Positions 21,052-29,940 of a stretch of DNA of 64,000 bases are shown here, piece by piece. Source of the DNA: an uncultured Acidobacteriota bacterium (lineage in GTDB: Bacteria > Acidobacteriota > Vicinamibacteria > Vicinamibacterales > 2-12-FULL-66-21). Where the stretch lies: assembly GCA_963771415.1 (NCBI GenBank), contig CAVYTI010000004.1, positions 822,723 to 886,722 on the forward strand. The letters run 5' to 3'. Made by a program: the position numbers and the translations under genes. Every line of letters starts with the position of its first letter. The first letter of the stretch is position 1. The notes below the pieces were generated by a model. The model had not been told where the DNA came from. It made no database searches and saw only the letters and a list, made by a program, of their open reading frames with translations.

Positions 21052-21076
21052 GGTAGCGAGGACCGGGGACGAGGGA

Positions 21077-22057
21077 CTATTGGCTCGCCTGCAGCGTCAG
21101 GTGCGCGCGGAGCCCGCTGAGCGGCGAGTCCGCCAGCGCAATCGAGCCGCCGTAGAGCTCCGCGAGATCCCGAACGATGGCCAAGCCGAGGCCGGAGCCG
21201 GGCGCGGCTTCGTCGGCCCGGACGCCGCGCTGGAGCACAGCTTCCCGCATCGACGGGTCCAGGCCGGGGCCATCGTCGTCCACCGCGATCGAGAGACAGT
21301 TGTCGTGCATGGTCGACGTGACGATCACGCGCGACCTCGCCCACTTGCAGGCGTTGTCGAGGAGATTGCCGAGCATCTCGTCGAGATCCTCCCGTTGGCC
21401 TCGGAAGGCGTGATCCGGCGGTACCTTCACTTCGATCGAGAGGCCCCGGCTGGCATGCAGGCGCTCGAGCGCCCGGGTGAGACCCTCGCTCGACTCGAGG
21501 ACCGACGCCCTCGCGCCCGCCGCCGTTCCCGACGCCGCCGCCCGCGCATGCGCGAGGTGGTATTCGATCTGCCGTTGCATGGCGGAGAGTTGCTGGGCGA
21601 TCCGGTCCGCCAGCTCCCGGTCTCCGGTACCCTCGAGGCGCTGCGCCTCGTTGGAGAGGATTGCCAGCGGCGTCTTCAGGCCGTGGGCGAGGTCGCCGGC
21701 CCTGCCAATCGCGCGGCGGACCGTCTCATCGTTGTGCTGCAGGAGCGCGTTGAGGTCGTCGACGAGCGGTTGCACTTCGCTCGGATAGCGGCCGTACAGC
21801 TGGCGAACGAGACCCTTGCGAACGTCCGCGAGACGGCGGCGCATGGCGTCGAAAGGAACGATCGCGCTGCGCACGACGACGAGGCCGGTCACCATCGAGG
21901 CCACCGCCAGCGCCGCCATCATCGGCCCGTGCGAGTGCACGATCCGAATCGAGTCTCGCGCCCGGACGAACACGTTGAGAGCGACGACCCAGACGGCGAG
22001 AAGACCAATCGTCCAGAGTGCCGCGCCGATCAGCAGCCGCCCTCGAAGCGACCTCAT
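21077..22057 (-). CDS. sensor histidine kinase with a minimal extracytoplasmic loop (intramembrane-sensing type)
   Basis: Two N-terminal TM helices separated by about 15 aa, an H-box (AGDLAHGLKTPLAIL), an N-box (LGNLLDNACKWA) and G-boxes (DDDGPGL, GSGLGLAIV). ATGA-type 4-nt overlap with the regulator gene. Confidence 0.88.
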   Translation of the reverse strand: MRSLRGRLLIGAALWTIGLLAVWVVALNVFVRARDSIRIVHSHGPMMAALAVASMVTGLVVVRSAIVPFDAMRRRLADVRKGLVRQLYGRYPSEVQPLVDDLNALLQHNDETVRRAIGRAGDLAHGLKTPLAILSNEAQRLEGTGDRELADRIAQQLSAMQRQIEYHLAHARAAASGTAAGARASVLESSEGLTRALERLHASRGLSIEVKVPPDHAFRGQREDLDEMLGNLLDNACKWARSRVIVTSTMHDNCLSIAVDDDGPGLDPSMREAVLQRGVRADEAAPGSGLGLAIVRDLAELYGGSIALADSPLSGLRAHLTLQASQ

Positions 22058-22719
22058 CGCCCGCTTTCATTCATCCGATAACCCAGGCCCCGTACCGTTT
22101 CGATGTATGACGACCCGACCTTGCGTCGGAGCCGGGCGATGAAGACCTCGACGGTGTTCGAATCCCGATCGAGGTCCTGCGAATAAATGTGCTCGGTCAG
22201 CTCGCGCTGCGAGACGATCCGCTCGCGATGGTGCATCAAGTAGGACAGGACTCGGAACTCGTGGCCGGTCAACTTCACCGGCACGCCAGCCACCGTGACG
22301 CGCGCGTTTCGCGAGTCGAGGGCCAGGGCGCCGCAGTGGAGCTCCGCGGTCAGCTGTCCGCTGGCGCGCCGGATCAGCGCGCGCAGTCTGGCCAGCACTT
22401 CCTCCATGCGGAACGGCTTGGCCACGTAGTCGTCGGCGCCGCCATCGATGCCCTGAACCTTCTCGTGCCAGCTGCCCCGGGCGGTGAGCACGAGGACAGG
22501 CAGCCCCAGCCCCGATTCGCGCCAGCGGCGAAGCACGGTGAGCCCGTCCATTCGCGGCAGGCCGAGGTCGAGGATCGCGGCGTCGTAGCGCTCGGTCTGG
22601 CCGAGGAACTCGGCGCGGGCCCCGTCGCGAGCACAGTCCACGGCGTAGCCTGCCCCCGTCAGCGCGGCGACGAGCTGCGTCGATAGCGCGGCCTCGTCCT
22701 CGGCGATCAGGATCTTCAT
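22054..22719 (-). CDS. OmpR/PhoB-family response regulator
   Basis: MKILIAEDEAAL...DAAILDLGLPRMDG...VLVLTARGSWHEKVQGIDGGADDYVAKPF is the receiver domain. ...VKLTGHEFRVLSYLMHH...TVEVFIARLRRKV...TVRGLGYR is the winged-helix output. Confidence 0.92.
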   Translation of the reverse strand: MKILIAEDEAALSTQLVAALTGAGYAVDCARDGARAEFLGQTERYDAAILDLGLPRMDGLTVLRRWRESGLGLPVLVLTARGSWHEKVQGIDGGADDYVAKPFRMEEVLARLRALIRRASGQLTAELHCGALALDSRNARVTVAGVPVKLTGHEFRVLSYLMHHRERIVSQRELTEHIYSQDLDRDSNTVEVFIARLRRKVGSSYIETVRGLGYRMNESGR

Positions 22720-22830
22720 GGTGCAGCGCTCTATTTATCGCACACCGGGCTGAACCGCGCCTGAACGCCGGACCGGTTCCAATCGGCGCCCGGGCCTGCT
22801 AACGTAAGCGCCCACACAGAAAGGCGCGAC

Positions 22831-24616
22831 ATGGTGCAGGGCAGGGCTACGAGCGCGGCGCACGACGTCGTCGTCATCGGATCGGGCGCGGGTGGCGGCA
22901 CGGTGACCAAAGTGCTGGCCGACCTCGGTATCTCGGTCCTGCTGATCGAAGCCGGACCGATGATCGGTCCTGACGATTTCAAGGAACACATGTGGCCGTA
23001 CGATGTGCCGCACCGGGGTGTCGGCCCGCACGCGGAGGGATACTTCGGCCGGTCTCCTTTCACCTACAGCGCTACCTACGGCGGCGCCCAGCTCGAGGGG
23101 GAGCCGTATACGGTCGCGCCGGGAAGTGATTTTTCCTGGTTTCGATCGCGCGTCCTGGGCGGACGGACGAACCACTATGGCCGCGTCACCCTGCGGTTCG
23201 CGGATTACGACTTCACGCCAAGAGAAAGGGACGGCCTCGGCGTCGACTGGCCGATCAGTTACGAGGACCTCGCGCCCTATTACGACAAGGCCGAAACGTT
23301 CATCGGCGTCACGGGCACGAAGGAGGGGATTCGCAGCGCTCCGGACGGCATCTTCAACCCGCCGGCGCCGCTTCGTGCGCACGACGTCCTGGTTCAGCGC
23401 TCCTGCGCCAGGCTTGGCATCCGGGCGATCCCGGCGCGCCAGGCGGTCACGACCGTGCCACGCAACGGACGGCCCGCCTGCCACTATTGCGGACAGTGCG
23501 GCCGCGGCTGCAAGACCGGCCTCGAACTACGCATCCAGCTACGTGCAGATCCTGCCGGCGATGCGCACCGGCCGGGTCAATGTCATCGCCAACGCGATGG
23601 CCCGCGAGCTGATCACCGACGACCGTGGCAAGGTCGTCGCCGTGTCGTACATCGACAAGACCACGGGCAGCGAAGCGCAGGTCCGTTGCCGCACGGTGGT
23701 GCTGGCCGCCAGCGCCTGCGAATCCGCACGGCTGCTGCTCAACTCGCAATCCTCCCGGCATCCACAGGGTCTCGCGAATTCGTCCGGCAAGGTCGGACGC
23801 TATCTGATGGACACGGTCGGCTTTAGTGCGTCCGCCTACGTCCCGGCCCTCTCGGGAATGCCGCGCTACAACTCCGATGGGTACGGCGGCCACCTCTACG
23901 TGCCGTGGTGGTTGTGGGACAAGAAGGATCTCGGATTTCCCCGCGGCTATCACATCGAAGTCGGCGGCGGCTACGGCATGCCGGCCATCGGATCGTTCAC
24001 CGGCATCGTGAACCGGACAGAAGGCTACGGCCTGACGATGAAACAGGCAATCCGTGACGAATACGGCGCGTCGGTGGGTTTGTCCGGACGCGGGGAAATG
24101 ATTCCCAACGAGAATTCGTTCTGCGAGATCGATCCCGAGGTGAAGGATCGCTGGGGTATTCCCGTGCTGCGTTTTCATTGGGCCTGGAGCGACTACGAGC
24201 TCGACCAGGTCCGCCACATGCAGTCCACGTTCCGCGCGATTCTCGAAGGTATGGGCGGACGGGTCAATACGCCGGCGCCAGCGGCTCGACCGGCTGAGAG
24301 CCAGTCTCCGCAGGCACTCGCCCTCGCTCAGCCGGCCCAGATCGACACGCCCTCGTCACAAACCGCGCCGGCGCGACCTCCCATCTCGCGCGGCGGCGCG
24401 ATCATTCACGAGGTCGGCACGATTCGCATGGGGAACGACCCGCAGACCAGCGTGCTGAACCGGTTCTGCCAGGCACACGACGTCAAGAACCTCTTCGTCG
24501 CCGACGCCGCGCCGTTCGTCGGCAATCCCGACAAGAACCCGACCCACACGATCATCGCGCTCGCCTGGCGTACCGCCGAGTACCTCGCCGAAGAAATGAG
24601 GAAGGCCGATGTCTGA
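22831..24616 (+). pseudogene. GMC family oxidoreductase (FAD), interrupted by one extra base near 23521 (as sequenced)
   Basis: Track ORF 22831..23826 gives HDVVVIGSGAGGGTVTKVLADLGISVLLIEAG...CHYCGQCGRGCKTG. Track ORF 23003..24616 (+1 frame) continues SNYASSYVQILPAMRTGRVNVIANAM...HEVGTIRMGNDPQTSVLNRFCQAHDVKNLFVADAAPF. Confidence 0.88.
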
Positions 24617-25208
24617 CATGTCCCGGCGCGACGCGCTCCGACGGATCGCGCTGGCCGTCGCTTCCGTCGGAGTGGTCGATCGCGTGTCGGCGCAGGAGGT
24701 TCATCACCTCGCCTCGCAGGCCACGACCGCGTCCGGCGGCTCGTACGCTCCGACCGCCCTCTCCGAGCACGAATACAAGACGGTCGAACGGCTGACGGAT
24801 CTCATCATCCCGGTCGAAAATGGGGCGCCAGGAGCCCTGGCCGCCGGCGCGCCCGCCTGGATCGATATGCTTGCCGGCGCAAACGACCAGTTGAAGCGGA
24901 TCTACACGACGGGTCTGGCCTGGATGGACGACGCATGCCCTCAGCGTGGCGCCGCAGATTTTCTCTCCGCTTCCGCCGCGCAGCAGGCCGCACTCCTCGA
25001 TCAGATCGCTTATCGACGCAACCAGACGCCGGAGCTGGCGCCGGGAATCCTGTTCTTCACCTGGGTCCGCCGGATGACGGTCGATGCGTTCTATACCAGC
25101 GAGATCGGCATCCGCGACATCGGCTATCGCGGCAACACGGCCCTGGCGGCATACCCTGAACCGACCGAGGCGATCGCGTTCGCGCTGAAAAAGAGCGGAC
25201 TGCAATGA
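24609..25208 (+). CDS. gluconate 2-dehydrogenase subunit 3-like small subunit (Tat signal)
   Basis: MSRRDALRRIALAVASVG is a twin-arginine leader. ...FFTWVRRMTVDAFYTSEIGIRDIGYRGN is typical of the family. 8-nt overlap with the GMC gene, the usual partner. Confidence 0.8.
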   Translation: MSDMSRRDALRRIALAVASVGVVDRVSAQEVHHLASQATTASGGSYAPTALSEHEYKTVERLTDLIIPVENGAPGALAAGAPAWIDMLAGANDQLKRIYTTGLAWMDDACPQRGAADFLSASAAQQAALLDQIAYRRNQTPELAPGILFFTWVRRMTVDAFYTSEIGIRDIGYRGNTALAAYPEPTEAIAFALKKSGLQ

Positions 25209-26092
25209 CACGTGCGACGGCCGTGCTCGTCATGGCGGTGGCCATCAGCGCCCGCCTCGTGCCGGTCGGCGCCGCCGCAGCCATCAGCGTGAAAGCGGAC
25301 GCGCGATCGATCCGGCCGGGCGAGCTGGTGGTCCTCACGATCGTGCCGGCCACCGAAGCGTCGGCGGTGCAGGTTCGAGCGTTCGATCGCGACTTGCCGG
25401 CTTTCAAGGCCGATGGGAAAACCTGGCGCGTGTTGGTCGGCATCGATCTCGCCAGGGCACCGGGAACGTACAACGTGAGCATCAGCGCCGGTAGCGATGC
25501 CGCCGCTCGAACGATCTATCCGCTCGTCGTGGCATCGCGAACGTTCCCGAGCCGGACGCTGACCGTGGACGACGCCTTCGTCAACCCACCTGCGGAGGCC
25601 CTCAAGCAGATCGAACAGGACACGCAGGTGATGAACCGCGTCTGGGCCTCCGGTGCGTCGGTCAAGCTGTGGACGGGCGCGTTCATCCTCCCGGTGCCGG
25701 ATCCGGCGAACAGCCGGTTTGGCTCACGCAGCGTGCTGAACGGTCAGCCGCGAAGTCCACACAGCGGTGCGGACTTCCTGAGCCCGCTGGGCAGACCCGT
25801 CAAGGCGCCGAACGCGGGACGCGTCGTCTTCGCCGGCTCACAATACTTCACGGGAAACACCATTGTGATCGATCACGGGCTGGGACTGTTCTCTCTCTTT
25901 GCGCACCTCTCCAGCATCGCGGCCAACGTCGGCGACGATGTGCAGACGGGGGCGATTATCGGCGAGGTCGGTGCCACCGGACGAGTCACCGGCCCGCACC
26001 TGCATTGGAGCGTCCGGGTCAACGGTGCGCGTGTTGATCCGCTCTCGCTCATTGCCCTGCTCGGCGAGAAACCGGCTTCCGCGGATCGATAG
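25205..26092 (+). CDS. M23 family metallopeptidase (secreted)
   Basis: Signal peptide, then HSGADFLSPLGRPVKAPNAGRVVFAG...IVIDHGLGLFSLFAHLS...GEVGATGRVTGPHLHWSV (HxxxD and HxH motifs). ATGA overlap with the upstream gene. Confidence 0.88.
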   Translation: MTRATAVLVMAVAISARLVPVGAAAAISVKADARSIRPGELVVLTIVPATEASAVQVRAFDRDLPAFKADGKTWRVLVGIDLARAPGTYNVSISAGSDAAARTIYPLVVASRTFPSRTLTVDDAFVNPPAEALKQIEQDTQVMNRVWASGASVKLWTGAFILPVPDPANSRFGSRSVLNGQPRSPHSGADFLSPLGRPVKAPNAGRVVFAGSQYFTGNTIVIDHGLGLFSLFAHLSSIAANVGDDVQTGAIIGEVGATGRVTGPHLHWSVRVNGARVDPLSLIALLGEKPASADR

Positions 26093-27311
26093 CCAGCCAG
26101 GCGACCGCGCCGGTCGCGTACACCCCCGCCGTGATGTAGAACGGCATCGACCACGAATGCCAGCGATCGACCGCGACCCCCACCACGATGGGGCCGACCA
26201 GACCGCCGAGATTCCCGAAGGTGTTCATGAAGCCGGTGACCACCCCTGCGTGGTCAGCGCCGACGTCGAGGCAGACCGCCCAGCAGGCAGCCAGGGCAAG
26301 GTCGGCTGACGCGAGCGCAAACGCCAGCAGGACCGCTCTGGCGATCGGATGTGCGGGTACCGTCGAGGCGATCAGGAGCGCACCGCACGTCGCAAACGCG
26401 CAACAGCCGAGGCCGCAGCGCGCCGCTCGCAGCCCTCGCCGTGCCGCCAGCCAGTCCGTCGTCCAACCGCCGACGACATCCGCGATACCGGCAAGAAGGA
26501 AAGGCAACGCCGCAAAGGCGCCGCCGGCAAGAAGCGAGAAGTGGAGCTCTCGAATCAGGAACGTCGGCAGCCACGTGAAGTAGAAGTAGAGACCGTACCC
26601 GAACGCGAAGTACATCACGCAGATGGTGTAGAGGTTCCGGCTGGTCAAGAGGTCGCGCCACGGCGTGAGCGGATGACCCGCAGGTGGGGGCCCATCCTGT
26701 TGAATCCAGCGCAGCTCCTCGGCGCTGACGGCGACGTGTTCGGACGGGCGATCGCGATACCACGCGTACCACGCCGCCGCCCAGACCAGACCGACGGTGC
26801 CCACCGTCACGAAGCTCCAGCGCCAGCCCCATCGGCGAATCAGGAACAGCGTCAGGGGAACCGCCAGCATGCCGCCGACGCGCGAGCCCAGGAACATCAT
26901 GCCGTTCGCCTGGCCGCGCTCGCGAAGCGGAAACCACAGGGAGAAGCTGCGGGCGATGTTGGGAAACGCGCCCGCCTCTCCTGCCCCGAACAGAAACCGG
27001 ATGGCAATGAGCGAGGCCAGCCCGCGCGCCGCGCCGGTCAGCATCGTGAACGCCGACCACCACAGCGCGATGCGGGTCAGCACGCGGCGGGGGCCGTAGA
27101 CGTCGCCAAGCCAGCCGGAAGGCACTTCGAAGATCGAGTACGCGAGTGTGAACGCGCCGAACACGAGGCTCATCTGCACGACCGTGATGTGCAGCTCGTC
27201 CATGATGAACGGCGCCGCCGCGGAGATGCAGATGCGATCGAGATACGTGATCACCGCGAGGGCAAAGGCGAAGCCGAGGACGCGGGAGCGGACGCGCGAC
27301 GACGTCGTCAT
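26049..27311 (-). CDS. MFS transporter (anion:cation symporter-like)
   Basis: 420 aa with 12 predicted TM helices. ...LDRICISAAAPFIMDELHI...GWLGDVYGPRRVL... is the MFS loop 2-3 motif. The 3' end overlaps the convergent M23 gene by 44 nt. Confidence 0.88.
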   Translation of the reverse strand: MTTSSRVRSRVLGFAFALAVITYLDRICISAAAPFIMDELHITVVQMSLVFGAFTLAYSIFEVPSGWLGDVYGPRRVLTRIALWWSAFTMLTGAARGLASLIAIRFLFGAGEAGAFPNIARSFSLWFPLRERGQANGMMFLGSRVGGMLAVPLTLFLIRRWGWRWSFVTVGTVGLVWAAAWYAWYRDRPSEHVAVSAEELRWIQQDGPPPAGHPLTPWRDLLTSRNLYTICVMYFAFGYGLYFYFTWLPTFLIRELHFSLLAGGAFAALPFLLAGIADVVGGWTTDWLAARRGLRAARCGLGCCAFATCGALLIASTVPAHPIARAVLLAFALASADLALAACWAVCLDVGADHAGVVTGFMNTFGNLGGLVGPIVVGVAVDRWHSWSMPFYITAGVYATGAVAWLAIDPRKPVSRRAGQ

Positions 27312-28366
27312 GCTTTGGTCGCAAAGACCACGCTGCGGTCGGCCAGCGTCTCGCGGAACCCGACATCCTTGAAGCCGACCTCGAGCAGCAGGTCGCGCAT
27401 CTCCGCCCGGGCGTAACAGCGCCCTTCGGTCGAATGCATCAGGAGGCAGGAGAATGCGGCGACCGGGAGTGGGCCGGTCTTCTCGTCATTGAGGTGCGCG
27501 TCGTGCACCACGAGCAGGCCGCCCGGCGGCAGCGCGGCGGCGGAAGAGGCAAGCAGCTGGCGGACGATCGGAACGTCCCAGTCGTGGAGGACGTTCGAAA
27601 AGAGGTGAGCGTCGAAGCCTTCCGGCAGCCGGTCGGCAAGCATATCCGCAGCCTGGACCGACACGCGGTTGCTGAAGCCGCGACCGTCGATCGCGCGTCG
27701 TGCCACCTCGTCGACCGGCGGACGCTCGAGTACCGTTGCCCGCAGCTGCGGATGTTCCTCGACGATGCAGCAGGCATAGACACCGGAGCCGCCGGCGATG
27801 TCGAGGAGACGGTGGCGTGTCGCGAACGGTGCGTTGCGCGCGACACCTCGACCCAGATAGACACCGCGACAGTCCATCGCCGCGGTGAACTGCCGGGCGA
27901 ATTCCGGCTTCTTCATCGCCTCGACCCATTCGCCATGCGCCGCGCCCGCCCAGTTGCGGGGACGCCCGCTGCGAAGGATCGCGACGAAGTCGCGACAGAT
28001 TGGACGGTCCTTGAACGACGCGTAGTACGGAGTGAGCGAGAAGGGCGAAGCATGGGTCAAATGTTCGCGCGCGAGTGCGGTCACCCCGTACGTCTCGCCG
28101 CGGCGCTCGATCAGGCCCATCGCCAGGAACAGCGTCAGCATGACGTCGGTCGGTCGCGGGTGAATTCCCAGCGACTCGCACAGGACCGTCAGGCTGCTCG
28201 GCTGCGCCTCGAGCCACGTGAACAGGTCGAGCTCGACGATGGCGGCGGTCAGCAGATCGGCGGCATAGAGACCGTCGCGGTATCGGTAAAGTGATGACGG
28301 ATCCGTGGCCGGCAGCGGCGGGAGCATGATGAACGCAGAGTCTACCTCTGATAGCCTGCTCGCCAT
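27308..28366 (-). CDS. class I SAM-dependent O-methyltransferase (dimerisation domain plus Methyltransf_2-like)
   Basis: LLDIAGGSGVYACCIVEEHPQLRATVLERP is the SAM motif I. ...HLFSNVLHDWDVP...LPPGGLLVVHD. ATGA overlap with the MFS gene. The real start may be the internal Met at 28327 (MLPPLPATDP). Confidence 0.82.
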   Translation of the reverse strand: MASRLSEVDSAFIMLPPLPATDPSSLYRYRDGLYAADLLTAAIVELDLFTWLEAQPSSLTVLCESLGIHPRPTDVMLTLFLAMGLIERRGETYGVTALAREHLTHASPFSLTPYYASFKDRPICRDFVAILRSGRPRNWAGAAHGEWVEAMKKPEFARQFTAAMDCRGVYLGRGVARNAPFATRHRLLDIAGGSGVYACCIVEEHPQLRATVLERPPVDEVARRAIDGRGFSNRVSVQAADMLADRLPEGFDAHLFSNVLHDWDVPIVRQLLASSAAALPPGGLLVVHDAHLNDEKTGPLPVAAFSCLLMHSTEGRCYARAEMRDLLLEVGFKDVGFRETLADRSVVFATKA

Positions 28367-29328
28367 GCGTGCGCTGATCGCTCGATGCGAATGGACCGGC
28401 GTTCCACACCGACTGGCCTGAGCCGCGTCCGGCCCAGGGTGAGACGGTGGTGCGGGTCCTCTATGCCGGAATCTGCGAGACCGATCTCCAGCTGATTCAG
28501 GGATACAAGGGTTTCCGCGGCGTGCTCGGTCACGAGTTCGTCGGCGTCGCCGAATCAGGTCCCTTCGAAGGCACGCGGGTCGTCGGTGAGATCAACTGCG
28601 CCTGCGGACATTGCGCGACCTGCGCGGCGGGGCATCCCGGTCATTGTCCGCACCGCCAGGTGCTCGGGATTCTCGGCCATGACGGCGCGTTCGCGGACTA
28701 TGTTTCGGTGCCGCAGCGCAACCTGCACAGGGTTGCGGACTCGATTGCAACCGAAGTCGCGGTGTTCACCGAACCACTGGCCGCCGCGTTCGAGATTCCT
28801 GCGCAACTTCGCCTGAAGCCTGACGACCGGGTGATCGTGCTTGGTGACGGTCGGCTCGGGTACCTGTGCGCGCACGTGCTCGCGGAGTCGTGCCGGAACG
28901 TGCTGACGGTCGGCAAGCACCCGGAAAAGCTCGCGGTGGTGGCCGCCTCGGGCCGGCCGGTCTGTCTTCTCGCCGATCGGCCGCGCGATCGGCTGGCGGA
29001 CGTGGTGGTGGACTGCACAGGATCTGCGTCCGGCCTGCCGCTCGCCCTCGAGCTGGTCCGCCCGCGCGGAACGGTGGTCCTGAAGACCACCCTCGCGGGA
29101 ACGCAGTCGATGGAGTGGGCTCCCGTAGTCGTCGACGAGATCACCATCGTCGGCTCGCGGTGCGGCCCGTTCGACCGCGCCCTCGCGGCGCTGGCCGAGC
29201 AACGCATCCCGGTCGGCCCGCTGCTGTCGAAGACGTTCGCTCTGGAGGACGGCCTCGGGGCGCTGCAGTACGCCGGCCAGCCGTCCGTGCTGAAGGTCCT
29301 CCTCGAGGTGTCCGCCGGCGCAAGCTGA
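28365..29328 (+). pseudogene. zinc-type medium-chain alcohol dehydrogenase/reductase, interrupted by one extra base near 28380 (as sequenced)
   Basis: ATG 28365 gives MRALIA. The +1 frame then reads LDANGPAFHTDWPEPRPAQGETVVRVLYAGICETDLQLIQGY...GHEFVG...CGHCATCAAGHPGHC (track ORF 28447..29328). These are the catalytic and structural Zn motifs. Confidence 0.8.
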
Positions 29329-29375
29329 ATGGAACCTGAACGGGCTGTTCACTTGTCGTTCAGCGGCGGGCCAAT

Positions 29376-29513
29376 ATGATCGCCGCTATGCGAACGCAAA
29401 CCGTGGTGGTGGTCCTGATCGTCACGCTGGTCGTGCTGGTTGGCGCGATCGGCTTTCACGGTCACGGTCATCGGTTGATAAGAAAGTGGATGCCAGCCAT
29501 CCACGGCCGCTGA
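29376..29513 (+). CDS. possible 45-aa single-TM peptide
   Basis: My translation is MIAAMRTQTVVVVLIVTLVVLVGAIGFHGHGHRLIRKWMPAIHGR, below the ORF-track size cutoff. It lies directly upstream of the lipoprotein-permease pair. There is no homology support. Confidence 0.2.
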   Translation: MIAAMRTQTVVVVLIVTLVVLVGAIGFHGHGHRLIRKWMPAIHGR

Positions 29514-29517
29514 GGAA

Positions 29518-29940
29518 ATGAGGTCTGGACAAATGACCAAGAGACGCTACGCAATCGGCCTGGCGATCATGGCGACGGTGCTGTCGGTGTGTGCGACGGG
29601 CGCCTCGAGCCCGGCGGGGAAGACGACCGACCAGTCGAGCGTTGAAGGTAGGTGGGTCGGACGGATCACCGGCACGCCACATGGCGATATGACCATGGGC
29701 CTCGCCCTGAAGCAGGAAGGCAACAAGGTGACCGGAACACTGACCACCGAGCACACTGGTGAAATGCCGGTGGAAGGCGAGTTGAACGAACGGGCGCTCA
29801 AGCTGGCAACCGGGACGCACGCCGAAATGCAGATCGTGCTGACCGGCACACTCAAAGACGATGGGTCGCTGTCGGGATATCTCTCCAGCGAAGTGGGTGA
29901 CATGACCTGGTCGGCCGAAAGGGTCAAGGACAAACAGTGA
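29518..29940 (+). CDS. small secreted protein / putative lipoprotein
   Basis: MTKRRYAIGLAIMATVLSVCATG is a lipobox-like LSVC. The mature part is beta-rich (GRWVGRITGTPHGDMTMGLALKQEGNKVTGTL...). GAGGAA precedes the ATG. GTGA overlap with the downstream permease start. Confidence 0.6.
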   Translation: MRSGQMTKRRYAIGLAIMATVLSVCATGASSPAGKTTDQSSVEGRWVGRITGTPHGDMTMGLALKQEGNKVTGTLTTEHTGEMPVEGELNERALKLATGTHAEMQIVLTGTLKDDGSLSGYLSSEVGDMTWSAERVKDKQ

